The notes under the pieces were generated by a model, which ran no database searches, was not told the DNA's origin, and worked only from the letters and a program-made list of their open reading frames with translations. From Felis catus (Eukaryota): a DNA stretch of 64,000 nucleotides. Both the position numbers and the translations under genes were made by a program. Location: the NCBI RefSeq assembly GCF_018350175.1, contig NC_058382.1:17794001-17858000 (forward strand), in the 5' to 3' direction. Below are positions 1 through 12,235 of this stretch, one piece after another (positions within the stretch are counted from its first letter, which is position 1; each line of letters starts with the position of its first letter).

Positions 1-1163
1 ATATAAATACTTCTAGATGTGTGGGCAGTCTCTGGAAGAATGCATGGGAAACTGCTGATGGCGGTTGCCTCCAGACAGAATTGGGCATCTGGGGTCAGAG
101 TGAGTCCTACATCTGGACTTTTCTCTGGACTTCCTGATTCACTTGAAATTCTCACCATGTTTAAGTTCTTTCTTATTTCCAACACATGACATAAGCTACA
201 GTTCCTCAAAGTCCCTGGGCATACATGAGGATCCTCTGTTTAGAGCCTCTCCTCCTCATAGGCAGCCATTTCAGAAGACCCCTCCCTAGGCCATTTTCCC
301 TCAATGCAAGAATCCTCTCTCTGCTTGCCCGAATATGCTTCAGATAAGTCTGTCTCTCAACCACTTGAGTGGTCTTGAGGAAACACCAATTCAGCCACAA
401 CCTGGTGCTCTAAGTGAGTCAACTGTCTCTGGAGCTCCCTGCTGACAAATCTGGTGAGTGATATTCTGGACTATTGTGTGGCAATTCCTTTGGAGGCAGC
501 AAGAAAAAATGTTCATCTGGCCTGCTTAAAACGACTTCCAATCATCACCACGATCAACATGAAAAAGGAGGACCAAAACAGAGGGAGAAATTCTACACTG
601 TGAAGAAAACTGATCAGACGATATTAAAAGTGTACCGTTAATATCTTAGATGTAATTCATGGCAGTGTAATCATGTGTAAAATAAATCTGCATCTCTAAG
701 AGATACATATACTTACTTATCTCTGGATAAATCCCCAGGATTTGCTTTAAAATCGCCTAGGGGGGAGGGGAATAATTAGAGATGAAACTGATTGGTATTC
801 TGTTGATAACTGTTAAAACTAGGTGATGGGTACACACAAGTTTTTATTCTACTGTTTTCACATGGTTCAAAAATTACATAAAAAAAGTTTCTTGTAATTA
901 TATAGATAATAAAGGAATAATCAGATAAATCTTAGCATGTATAGGGGCTCGAGGCTATTTTGTATAATCAACTCACTCTACTGTCTGGTATAGAGAAGGC
1001 AGTCAGTTTAATAACATAACATAAAACAAAACAAAACAAAACAGAAAAAAAACAATCACCCTGAAGCCCCTCTTACTGGTCAAGGTACTAATTCTACCCC
1101 AGCTTCTTGCCCGATCATCCAGCTCTTTCACACATACACAGTCTTACACTTTTCCAATGAGTA

Positions 1164-1169
1164 TTTATT
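1164..1169 (-). terminator. COX6B1 polyadenylation signal AATAAA
   Basis: tttatt on the plus strand, about 115 nt past the stop codon. Confidence 0.8.
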
Positions 1170-1281
1170 ATTAGTTAAGCCATGCTTCAGGATCCCAGGG
1201 TGGGGATCACCATATACCCAGGTCCCCCTTCACTGCCCTAGGAGAAGGATGGAGTACGGAGGAGAGGTGGGTGGAGCCAGT

Positions 1282-4200
1282 TCAGATCTTCCCAGGAAAC
1301 GTGCCTTCCGCCCGGCGATCGTCCCAGGCTGCCACCTGTGGAAACACAGCCAATGTTACTCCCTTCCCCTGTGGGGAAACCAGATGAGTGACCTTGGTCT
1401 TCCTCACTTTGCTCACCTGCTCAGTCGTCAGCAAGTAAGCCCAGTACTGCCACTATTTCAGGAGTGAGGGTTGGAGGGGGGCGAGTAACATGCAGAAAAA
1501 TCCCACATTCACTGCAGGGCTGTCCCTGGGGAGATGTGTGACTGTAAAGAGGTTCAAGAGTACGGCTGTGCCGCATTTCAGGAACCCCAGAGTTAACACT
1601 CAGTGATGGTTGTCAGAATACAGGAAAGAACACTAGGCAGCTGCGAGACAAAAAAGAGGCTCATCTATGCCCTGGCACGAGTGGATCTCCCAAGTGCAAA
1701 AAGGTGCAAAACTGAATACAGAGTGTGATCCTGCTGATCATAGATGTACGCATATAGGCATATAAAAAATAACAGAAAGGCCCGTATCAAACTGTTAACA
1801 CTCCCTAGAAGAAACACTCTGCAACCTGTGGACCTTCCTACAGGCGGTCAGAAGCACAACCACTGATATACACACACCCTCACACTCACATATATATGCC
1901 ATGCATTAGAGGCAGTGGACCAAAGCACGGATAACAAGGAAGACTGAATCTGAATTCCTAGCTGTGACACCTCGGGCAAATTACTTAATCTTTCAGGGCC
2001 TGTTTTTGTTTTTGTTTTTTTTAATTTTTATTTTGAGAAAAAGAGAGAACACACAAGGTGGGGAGGGAGGCAGAGGGAGAGAGAAAGAATCTTAAGCAGG
2101 CTCCACGCCCAGCACAGAACTGGACACTGGGTTTGAACTCACGAAACCATGAGATCATGACCTGAGCCAAAATCAAGACCTGGGTGCGCGACAGACTGAG
2201 CCACCCAGGCACCCCTCAGGGGCTCAGTTTTTAATTGTATAAAACGAGGACAGTGAGGGGCACCTGGGTGGCTCAGTCGGGTAAGCGTCTGACTTCAGCT
2301 CAGGTCATGATCTCATGGTTTGTGGGTTCAAGCCCTGCACCGGGCTCTGTGCTGACAGCAAGGAGCCTGGAGCCTGCTTTGGATTCTGTGTCTCCCTCTC
2401 TCTGCCCCTCCCCTGCTCGCGCTGTCTCTAAAAAATAAATAAAACATTAAAAAAAAATGAGGATAGCGATAACAGTATCCATCTCATCCTGTTTTCCAGC
2501 ACGTTTGCCCTTAGAGGATATCAAGTGCTTACAAATGAGCTGGCTCATAGTTAAGTGATGTGTATTTTATTTACATACTTACACACCATGTATCATGAAT
2601 ACTCTGTACTTTAAAAAACATACAAATTGGGCCACACTACATATTGTCCTGCAACTTGCTTTTCCCACAAGTCTTAGAGCTCTTTCTGTTTTCTGTCACA
2701 AAGATCAAGATAAATGTACCAACATTTATCTAGCTCGGGTTGTTTCTGAATTACAAACAACTCTGCAATGAAGATCCTCACACAGGAGCATCTTTGTAGG
2801 TCTAGATGTAAAACTGCCACGTGTATGTTTTTTTCCATTTTGAAAGAGCCTGCCAAACTGACCTCAAAAGAGATTGTACCAATTTATAGAACAACTAACA
2901 TTTAGCACTGTCCATCTTTATAATTCTTGCACCAGAATGCAAGGTAAAAACAAGCTTCTCTCTGTTGTTTTAAGCTGTGTTTTCCTGATGACTTGAGTGG
3001 AGATGGACATCTTTTCAGGTCAACGCTCACCTGGATTCCCTCATACTGGACTTGTACTGTCCACAGTCCACAGGACTCTATGAGTGAACTTCTCAGTCGC
3101 TGGGATTGACCCTCTCTCCATCTCTCTCTTTTTAAAAAATGTTTACTTTTGAGAGACAGAGATAGAGCTCAAGTGGGCAAGGGGCAGAGAGAGAGGGAGA
3201 CACAGAATCCGAAGCAGGCTCCAGGCTCTGCACTGTCAGCACAGAGCCCGATGCAGGGCTCGAGCCCAGGAACCATGAGATCATGACTTGAGTCAAAGTT
3301 GAATGCTTAACCAACTGAGTCATCCAGGCGCCCCTCTCCATCTCCTTTTTTTTTTTTTAAATTTTATTATATTTTTAAAAAATTTACATCCAAGTTAGTT
3401 AGCATATGAAACAATGATTTCAGGAGTAGATTCCTTAATGCCCCTTACCCTCCTCTCCATCTCTTTTTTTTTTTTTTTTTTAATTTTCTTTTTTTTCAAC
3501 GTTTATTTATTTTTGGGACAGAGAGAGACAGAGCATGAACGGGGGAGGGGCAGAGAGAGGGGAGACACAGAATTGGAAACAGGCTCCAGGCTCCGAGCCA
3601 TCAGCCCAGAGCCCGACGCGGGGCTCGAACTCACGGAGCGCGAGATCGTGACCTGGCTGAAGTCGGACGCTTAACCGACTGCGCCACCCAGGCGCCCCTC
3701 TCCATCTCTTTTTAAAGGATCAGGTTGGTCTGATAACTTGGAAATTTCACTTTGCCCAATAATCCCACTTCATGGAAAGGAAACTAAGGGAACCATTCAA
3801 ATAGAGGAGAAAACATTTCCCGGAATGGAAATGTACACTGAAGTATCATTTAAAATAGTGAAAAGATGTGAATCCAGCTAAAAGGGAAGGAAATATTTTA
3901 TAACTATTAAGATGATGGCTGCCCAATAAGTGAGCAGATTGTACTGACATGGAAGTAGGTACACAATGCATGTTAAGTAAAAAAAGCAAAGCACAAAACA
4001 GTGTCAGGAGTATGACCCATATTAGTATTAAAAAGTAGATAACCACGTATCTACACATACACACACATTAGCACACAGAAAAGGAAGTAAAAGATTTGTG
4101 CCAAATGACTAAGGAAAGTTAACTTTAGGATCAGAAGGGAATGGCTCGGGGGCTTTCACCTTCTACATTACATAAATCTCCTGTTTTGAAGATTCCACAA

Positions 4201-6484
4201 AAGTCAGTGCTATTTTTTCATAGAGAAACTCAAGATTTTTTAACCTGGAAAATAAAACATGGTTGGAAAAAACGTTTTAAATGCCTTTCCAAAATACACA
4301 TACTGGGATTAGAGACTAATTGAAAATAATACACAGGAAACACCTGGAAATGCGACAGTATTATTAGGGAGGTCAGGAGGATGGGGAACATTTTTCTGCC
4401 CTTTCTCTATTTTTTAAGTTTTCGTGAAGTGGTTATATTTTTCATAAAAAACAAAACAGGGGTGCCTGGGAGGCTGTCGGTTAAGTGTCCAACTTCAGCT
4501 CAGGTCATGATCTCACAGGTCATGAGTTTGAGCCCCTCGTCGGGCTCTGTGCTGAGAGCTCGTAACCTGGAGGCTACTTCAGATTCTGGGTCTCCCTCTC
4601 TCTCTGACCCTCCCTGGCTCATGCTCTGTCTCTGTCTCAAAAATGAATAAACATGAAAAAAAAATTTAACAACAACAACAGCAATAACAAAACACTTGTT
4701 TTTACTTCACCAAGTTTTTAAAATAAAGAAGCCAGGGCAGCCAGGTTTAAAAGGGACTTGGCAGAATACATTTATATTCAGCCCTAACAGGGCAGACACA
4801 GCAGGCACCTGAGGGTAGGAACCACACAATCTGCTGCTCCCAAGGTAAGGGCAGGCCCAGGTCCTGGAGAATGGGGCGTAGGGCAGCACCGGGGCCGGAA
4901 GCATGCTTCCCAGGCCTCTGTCTAGCATGCACCCAATGGAGGCTCTGAGGCTGGAGGAGGGATGTTATGAATTCACAACATCATGCTACCCAAGATCACC
5001 CAGCGACAAGGAGAAATCCTGGAAGGGCACAGGGCACTCAAAGACACATGAGACACTGTGGCCAGAGAGGTGGGAGGAGAGCCAAGCAAGCTGAGGAAGA
5101 CTGCATTAAGGCAATCTGTTCTCAAGAAATAAGCCCCAAAGGCGTACATCAAGGATGCTTCATATATACTGAAAAATTAGAACATCATCTCCATCAAAAG
5201 GGAATCAGTTAAATAAAAGCATCTGAAAGTTACTAAAACCTAAAACGGCAGATCTGTATGCATTATTATAAAAAAAGGCTTCAAGACACACTGAGAAGTC
5301 AAAGCAATTCAAAGACTATGTCGTGTGACTCATCCATACAGAGGCTCCATAGGAAAAAGGGAATGTGTTAACACTAGTTACCTCAGGGAAGGAGCACTGG
5401 GGAGCACAAGACGGCTTCTACTTTTTATTTTACTGTACTGCTCACATTTGGCTTTTTTTTTTTAATAAGCACTATGACTTTTGTAATACTACCATATTTT
5501 GATCCTAAAACACAAGGTTTTTGCATTTTAACATCTCTGAAATTAGCATTAATTGCATTCCTTTCTGGCATTTTAAAAAAAGATTTCTCAATGTTTCCTG
5601 CAGTCAAGAGGATCTTTGATTTGAGGAAATAGTACAATGTTAAACATAAATATTTGGGAGGCGGGGGGCTCAATCAGAAGGACTTGGGCCCCTAAAGATA
5701 AATTCTTTATTTAAAGAAGTGTGTGACAGAGTATTAAATAGTGACAAAAGGTCTAGTCAATCAGGGCTAGCCAGATTGCCTTACTGTGTCCGCATCTTCT
5801 AGAGAAGCACACGGAAGTAGGTAGGGGTAAAAAGATATGTTTGAGATTTCCTTCAGAACACTACAGCAAAGAAAAGGGGACAGAAGAAGGGAATGTGGAA
5901 AAATCTTGAAAATACTCAATTTGGGGAGTGGGTATAAGTGGAAGGTCACTGAATTATTCTCTCTACTTTTATGTATAATTTGAATGTGTTCATAATAAAA
6001 GGCAAAGAACTGCACAAGATGGCGAGCCCACAGGGACAGGGAGCCGGCCATACCCATATTTGTGGGCTGCATGAGCAAGATGGATGTAGCATGGAGACGG
6101 CCCCAGCTGCCCCAGCTGAGAGTCCTGACTGGCTGAGAGTATCATTAAAAAGAGAGAAGGAGGGCAATTCCACAAAGAAAAGGTCAAGTCCCACGGACAG
6201 TGCGATGCCCTGTGTTTCCTCTGCCTCTCAGATGAGCCCCCACCGAGTTACCACACTCCCTTCTGCTAAGACCCCATCCAGCGAAGTTCCAAGGGCCCCA
6301 GCAGGCAGTACATACCCAGGATATGGGGCAGAGGGACTTGTACACACGCCGGTACCATTCACACACGGAGACATCACCCCCTTTAGCAGTCATCGCCTTC
6401 TCACAGCGGTGGAAGTCTGTGAAGAAAGGGGCTCAGGTTCAGCCCAGACCAAGGACTGGAACACATTTTTAAAAAATGTTTATT

Positions 6485-6541
<57 letters not shown>

Positions 6542-6724
6542 ATCCCAAGCAGGCTCTGCGAGGTCAGTGAAGAGCCCAACTCAGGACTCCAACTCACAAA
6601 CTGTGTGATCATGACCTGAGCCAAAATCAAGAGCCCAACACTTAACCAACTGAGCCACCCAGTTGCCCCTAGAACATTTTTGATCAAAACTCAGAGAAAT
6701 ATTTTTCACTTCACAGCAGTTATG

Positions 6725-6760
<36 letters not shown>

Positions 6761-8265
6761 ACAAAGAATGTACATTCCTACAAATGTGCTGAAAAAGGCT
6801 AGACATGCCTCGCCAAATTGATCTCGTGGCCCCTAGAGAACTACTGTTTGACCTGAAAATTCTGGGGTCAGGAATGAGGAGGTAACATGAGGGACATGTG
6901 CAGGGACTATGGAAGTCCAAAACCAGGGCAAGGGAAAGGGAAGATGATCTTGATGCTAAGATGCTGGCATCCTAAGACGGGAAGGGGATACTCTTGTTTT
7001 TAAAAGTAGGAAATTAGGGGTGCCTGGATGGCTCATTCATTCGACTATAGGTTTCAGCTCAGGTCCTGATCTTGTGGTTTGTGAGCCTGAGCCTCCCCTT
7101 TCTCCCACCAGGATCTGTGCTGAACTGTGGGGAGCCTGCCTGGGATCCTCTCTCTTGGCCCTCCCCTGTTGGGGCTCTCTCTCTCTCAAAATAAATAAAT
7201 AAACTAAAAATAAAAACACCTTTAAAAGTAGGCAATTAAGGGGTGCCTGGTTGGCTCTGTCGGTAGAGCATGCAACTCTTTATCTCGAAGCTGTGAGTTT
7301 GAGTCCCACAGTGGGTGCAAAGATTACTTAAAAACAAAATCTTTAAAATAAATAAATAAAATAAAAGTAGAAAATTAATTAAAAAAAAGAAAAAAATACT
7401 CCAAGTATTCTACTCCTGGGCACATTCTCTACGTAACAAAAGCATTCATATGCACATCAAATTACACAGAACATTCATAGCATCATCATTCATAAAAGCC
7501 CCCAACTGGAAACCATGCAAGGGTCCAGAAATAAATTATGGAAAATTATACACTATGAAAATGACCAAACCATACATCATAGCATGGATGAATCTTCAAA
7601 ACTGCCAAATGAAGAAATTCAAAAACCGAGACTATGTATAATGTCTATAAAGTTCATCAAGAGGCAAACCTAAAAGCAGTGATAAAACCAAAATGTGATT
7701 GCCTTAAGTCGGCAAGGTTACATCTCTAGTGGGCAGAGTAGGATGCTGTATTCAAGGCAAGGCATGCAGTAGGCAGGGAAGCTCAGAATGCTGGCCAGTA
7801 TCTAATTTTTTATCCAGGTTATAGTTACGCAGGGGAATCACTTTAGTATTATTCATTTAGGTGTACATTATGCTTTACATATTTCCTTTATGTATGTTAC
7901 ATCTGTCACATATACACACAAATAGTCTTCAAAAAAAAAAAAAAATCATTATAGGAACCAAAGTTTGTGATCCTGACCTAGATCCTGGAACTTGAACACA
8001 GCTGTGATGAGGGGCATGGGCCCTGCAAGGTGGGATGCCCACAACAACAAAAAAAGAGGCCTGGGATGTACAGATCCGGTAGGAGACAACAGATAAGTGA
8101 CATGAGGTGAGGGACCAGGAAAAGGTCTGCATCCCCTCCCACGTCTACGCCCTGCTTACCCAGGTAGTTCTGCCAGCAGTTCCTGGTCTGGTTCTGGTTG
8201 GGGAAGCGGCTGTCAAAAGGGGCAGTCTGGTAGTTCTTGATTTTGGTCTTGATGTCTTCTGCCAT
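1282..8265 (-). CDS. COX6B1: Cytochrome c oxidase subunit 6B1; CDS join(8265-8160, 6416-6316, 1335-1282), 261 nt, 86 aa
   Basis: Translation [86 protein letters not shown]. All junctions are GT-AG, exon sizes 106/101/54 keep frame, and the twin CX9C/CX10C cysteines are present. Confidence 0.98.
2002..2215 (-). mobile_element. Can-SINE (SINEC, tRNA-derived)
   Basis: ggggtgcctgggtggctcagtc head on minus, CT-rich body, A-rich tail. Confidence 0.9.
2257..2458 (+). mobile_element. SINEC_Fc-type SINE
   Basis: ggggcacctgggtggctcagtcgg head, polyA tail, degenerate TSD aaaa(c/t)gagga(c/t)ag(t/c)ga. Confidence 0.9.
3125..3333 (-). mobile_element. SINEC_Fc-type SINE (older member of a serial-insertion stack)
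   Basis: SINE head at 3333, flanked by ctctccatctc copies. Confidence 0.9.
3345..3452 (-). mobile_element. Severely 5'-truncated carnivore L1 3' end
   Basis: Minus strand gggtaaggggcattaaggaatctactcctgaaatcattg...ctaacttggatgtaaa plus polyA. The same motif occurs in the L1 3' end at ~40830-40890. Confidence 0.8.
3464..3697 (-). mobile_element. Young SINEC_Fc SINE
   Basis: CpG-rich intact head gggcgcctgggtggcgcagtcggttaagcgtccgac, very similar to the copy at 11316-11540. Confidence 0.92.
4459..4683 (+). mobile_element. SINEC_Fc-type SINE
   Basis: SINE head, CT tract, A/AAC tail. Confidence 0.9.
6465..6669 (-). mobile_element. Can-SINE with expanded (GA)n microsatellite at 6487-6535
   Basis: SINE head at 6669, long GA run, TSD-like aacattttt. 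Confidence 0.9.
6727..6756. repeat. (CA)n microsatellite
   Basis: Direct reading. Confidence 0.95.
7017..7223 (+). mobile_element. Can-SINE
   Basis: ggggtgcctggatggctc head, A-rich tail, TSD aaaagtagg(a/c)aatta. Confidence 0.85.
7240..7362 (+). mobile_element. Short, older Can-SINE subfamily copy
   Basis: ggggtgcctggttggctctgtcggtagagcatgcaactc...gattacttaaaaa short form with TSD aaaagtag..aatta. Confidence 0.8.
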
Positions 8266-8724
8266 GGTGCTGAGTCCTGGAGGCATAGGCAGTGGAGGTT
8301 GGCAAAAGTTCTAAGGGACCTGGGCATGGGGAGGTCAGCCCACCCAGACACAGAATAATGGGGTAGGTTAGGTGTGAATCAGCCACCACCTTCTACCTCT
8401 CAGCATATACAAACAGAGGTAAAGCGTGGGGCAAATCCACACATCTAAGTGTGGAAGTCACAGCAGGGCTTGGCAGGGCGGGGGGATAGGACTCCTTAGC
8501 AAAATCGGGCCTTATTCGTCCCAAAATAACACTGGCTAACATTCACTGAGTACTCAGTATGGGCCAAGCACTGTTCTACACACTTTACTCCTGCAGCCAC
8601 TCTAAAAGGTAGGAACTATTACTTATTACTATCACTGTTTCACAGACAAGGGACAGGGTGTCCAAGTGACTTCCCAAGGTCACACAAGTGGAGGAGCCAC
8701 ACTCCATCACTGACAGATCTACAC

Positions 8725-9350
8725 TGTAGAGGTTCTTAATCTCCTTGGTACCATGAACTCCTCAGGGATCTAATGAACCCTTTCTCAGAATATTTTTTAA
8801 TGCATTAAAAGATTGCATAGGATCATAAAGAAAACCAGTTGTATGTAGCAGAGGATTTATTAACTACCACAATTCTGAAGTAGTCACGAGTGAAGATGTA
8901 TTCTGTGACATCGCAACCATAATGTGATACAAGATGACCTGTGATTTTGATTGCTGACAAAGCGACAGATGATGCTAATCTTACCAAGATTGATGCCTCC
9001 ATTCTTAAAAGGAAATGCTACATTTAAATTAGAGATTAAGAAGAATAAAGGGGTGCCTGGACGGCTCAGTCTGTTAAGCCTCCAGCTCTTGATTTCAGCT
9101 CAGTTTGTATCTCATAGTTGGTGAGTTGGAACCCCGCATCAGGCTCTGTGCTGACACTCGAGGAGCCTGCTTGGGACTCTCTGTCCCCCTCTCTGCCCCT
9201 CCCTGCTCGCTTCTCTCAAAAATAAACAAACAGTTAAAAAGAAAGAAATTTTTAAAAAGGTTAGGAAAAATACCTATGTAATTTTCCCCCCTTCAAGTAC
9301 TAGCACACCTTGCATTCTATGGACTTTGCAGACTGAGAATCAAAAAGCTC
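8725..9350. mobile_element. Ancient MER-type DNA transposon remnant, interrupted by a SINE at 9050-9258
   Basis: Resembles hAT/MER consensus from memory (gaggttcttaatc...aaggaaatgctacatttaaattagag...). Family not assignable without RepeatMasker. Confidence 0.45.
9050..9258 (+). mobile_element. Can-SINE
   Basis: SINE head and A-rich tail. Confidence 0.88.
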
Positions 9351-10143
9351 TGCTGTATCTCTTATGAGGTGACACACAGTTTTCTCCATGGAATGTGAAA
9401 CTGCCTCTATTCCAGAGAATTCAAAGAGTAATGGGGTTACAAAGGCCCATGTAAATTCAAGGGACCCAAGGTAGTGAGCAGGCCAGTGTTAAATTCAAGG
9501 GACCCAAGGTAGTGGTGGGGATCTGGGGCACCACAGCAGAATCTTTGGGGGGAAAGGGTAGAGGCGCATGGGGAGGAGACGCAGAATACCAGCGCTGGGA
9601 CACAGAAGAAGAGTTGTTCTGAAGTGTTGTTTTGGGGGGAGACCTGGGAGGGAGGGTGGTTCAGGAATGACTCTTAGGCCCTCTAACATTCAAGAGGGAG
9701 AAGGAACCAGAAACCAGGGTGCAAGGCCAGGCCGCGGCCCGGGCAAGCCACGGGAGCCACGCCTGCCTATGGCCTGCTGATTGAGGGCACTACAGTCCTA
9801 ACTACGGAATCCAAACCCCGGTCGCCGGCTAAGTAGCTTAATATCGCTGATCCTCAGTTGCTTCACTGTCAAAAAGGGATAATTACGGGCCTTTCCTCAT
9901 AGGGCTGGAGTGAAGATTAAATGAATTAATAAAGTCGCGTGAAACGTTACCTGGCATTAATTAAGGAAGACCAAAATAATCGTTAGCTACATATACTAAC
10001 AGAACAGGACCCTAGGGACCGGGGGGGGGGGGGGGGGCAGACGCCGCGGGCCGGAAACTCACTGCGTCCTCGGGGAAACGAGGGTCCGGTTCTCCTCAGT
10101 TCCCCAGGATAGGGTCCCAGTTTCCCAAGCCCTGGACACTCAC

Positions 10144-10220
10144 CTAAAGACACCCCCGAAGCACCTCGCAGCTCAATGTGACCCTCAGCAAAGACGCCAG
10201 AGTCGGACCGGAAGCGGAAT
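10144..10220 (-). other. COX6B1: COX6B1 non-coding exon 1 (3' boundary 10144; 5' boundary approximate)
   Basis: Donor AG|GTGAGT at 10144/10143 inside a CpG island. Exon 2 acceptor at 8276 leaves an 11-nt UTR (GACTCAGCACC) before the ATG. Confidence 0.8.
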
Positions 10221-10410
10221 TGAGGCCGGCCGGAAGCGGAGCGAGTCAGAGTGTGTGAGAGTTTTCCGCGAGGCTAGAACGCCCGCGGGAAAGCCGTCTC
10301 TGGAGCCATTAAGGCCACGCCCATCCGGGAGAACTCCGAAATCCTATTGGGCTGAATGCCTGTTGATCATCACTTCCGGCCCAATCGTGAGCTAGCGTGC
10401 GCATTTCAAA
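10200..10410 (-). promoter_or_regulatory. COX6B1 CpG-island promoter with GABP/ETS, CCAAT and NRF1-like sites
   Basis: CCGGAAG at 10208-10214 and 10230-10236, ACTTCCGG 10372-10379, ATTGG 10346-10350, CCAAT 10381-10385, GCGTGCGCAT 10395-10404. GABP (NRF-2) and NRF-1 are established regulators of nuclear COX genes. Confidence 0.8.
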
Positions 10411-11315
10411 GGTCCGACCTGGGACTTGAGACGCCTGGTTACAGTTTCTCATGTCTTGTTTTTACGTAGGGAAAGGAGTTTCGAGTCCTGGGACTATCTG
10501 TAGAGTGGGCCGAGGGAAAAGTATCCCAGAGGAAGTATCCTTATTCATGCAGGTATTGCTTGTTTAACGCTTACCCAGTGCCAGGTACTTCGATAAGGGT
10601 TGGGGATGCATCACTGAACAAACACGAGTCCCTACCCTCTTCATGATTATTACGGGATCAATTGTTAGGGGTTTGAAATCGAACCAGTCTTTCTTCCAGG
10701 GTCATTTGTCATATTGTGAGGAATATCCAGACTCCCACCTCCCTGTTCTTTACCGTCTTTCCCCAAACTCCAGAAGGCACAAATTCACACACATTTGGGT
10801 GCCTGAAGGCTCAAACCAAAGTCCTGCATCGCAGAGAGGAGGGGTTAAGAACATAAAAGCTTGGGTCTGGCAGAAATTAGTCCATCTTGGAAAGTGACAC
10901 ATCTATTCTAGTCACAGAGGTATCCCTGACTCTCTCTCACACCTCACAGCTAGCTGATCAAGAAATCTTGTCTTTGCCTGAAGCAATGTATCCAGAATCT
11001 TCGACATCTGGTTCAAGCCACAGGCACAGCCAGCCTAGGCTATAGAAGCAGCCCACACCCTAGCCTCCTGGTTTCCCCACTGCCCTCCACAATCATCCAC
11101 TCAGCCAGAGAGACCCCGTTAACACCTCAGTCATCACTTCCCTTTGGCTTAGAACCCTCCCATTGGGTCTTGTCTGACTCTTTCAGTCAAAAGCCAAAGT
11201 CCTTATAAATGACCTACACAGTTTGGTCCCTCTTATACCCTCATTTCTTATCCTTTTCTCTTTATTCCCACTGCTCCAGCCATACTGGCCTCTTCCTGTT
11301 TAAACACACAGTCTG

Positions 11316-11540
11316 GGGGCGCCTGGGTGGCGCAGTCGGTTAAGCGTCCGACTTCAGCCAGGTCGCGATCTCGCGGTCCGTGAGTTCGAGCCCCGCGTCA
11401 GGCTCTGGGCTGATGGCTCGGAGCCTGGAGCCTGTTTCCGATTCTGTGTCTCCCTCTCTCTCTGCCCCTCCCCCATTCATGCTCTGTCTCTCTCTGTCCC
11501 AAAAATAAATAAAAAAACGTTGAAAAAAAAATTTAAATCA
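11316..11540 (+). mobile_element. Young SINEC_Fc SINE with 15-bp TSD
   Basis: TSD taaacac(a/g)cagtctg at 11301-11315 and 11541-11555. CpG-rich body. Confidence 0.95.
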
Positions 11541-12235
11541 TAAACACGCAGTCTGGCTTCCCTCTAAGGGCCTTTTGTATTTGCTCTCCCCTTGGCCTGG
11601 AATGCTTTTTGTGAAGCTGGCTCCCTTCCTCACTTCCTTCAGGTCTTTGCTTCAATGTCACCTTCCTGGTGAGTCCTTCTCAGACCAAATATTTAAAATT
11701 GTCATTTTGTCAGTCCCTAGGAGGACCACTCTTTAGGGACTCAGCGGTTCCCAGAATGGGGTAGGCTCTCCTTGGGATCTAGATCCAAGTTCAACCACCC
11801 TCAACTTGGAGTGGTGAGACAGTAGGTGGTTTGGGGGATCTAGCACTAAGTCTAATTACTTAATGGTCCCAAGCACTGGAAGAACACACATAAGTCCTCT
11901 TTTGGAGTTTTGAGTCTTCAGAAGGGACACAGCAGGTAAACTCAAACGTTAGTGATTGGGTCCGATTCCTTTACAAGTCCCAGCACGGGCAGGCACACAG
12001 TAGGCCCTAAAGGGACTGAGTTGATTCCTTTGAATATCCCATCACACAGTGAACACACAAGTAGGTCCCCTAAGGGTCTGGGTGTGTTTTAGTCACCGCG
12101 CGTCTTAAGATCACACAGGCCGGGGGTGGGGGTGGGATGTGAGTGTGGTGGTGCACACTTAGGGTCCTTAGTGGGTTTAGTCAGTGTCAGTGGGAAGGAC
12201 GCAGGCAGCACACACGACTAATTTGACGGGGTATT

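Noticed and set aside
2021-2438. Recurrent ORFs with LTSAQVMIS / [14 protein letters not shown] motifs here and throughout the window
   Set aside because: Translations of Can-SINE bodies. Their tRNA-derived heads are also not tRNA genes.
5971-6489. 172-aa plus-strand ORF
   Set aside because: Antisense to COX6B1 exon 3 and ends in a SINE. No recognisable domain or splice/promoter support.
10021-10037. G17 run (also G/C runs at ~12585, ~15258, ~15893, ~38345) as special G-quadruplex elements
   Set aside because: Common in GC-rich mammalian introns and promoters, and homopolymer lengths are unreliable in this assembly.
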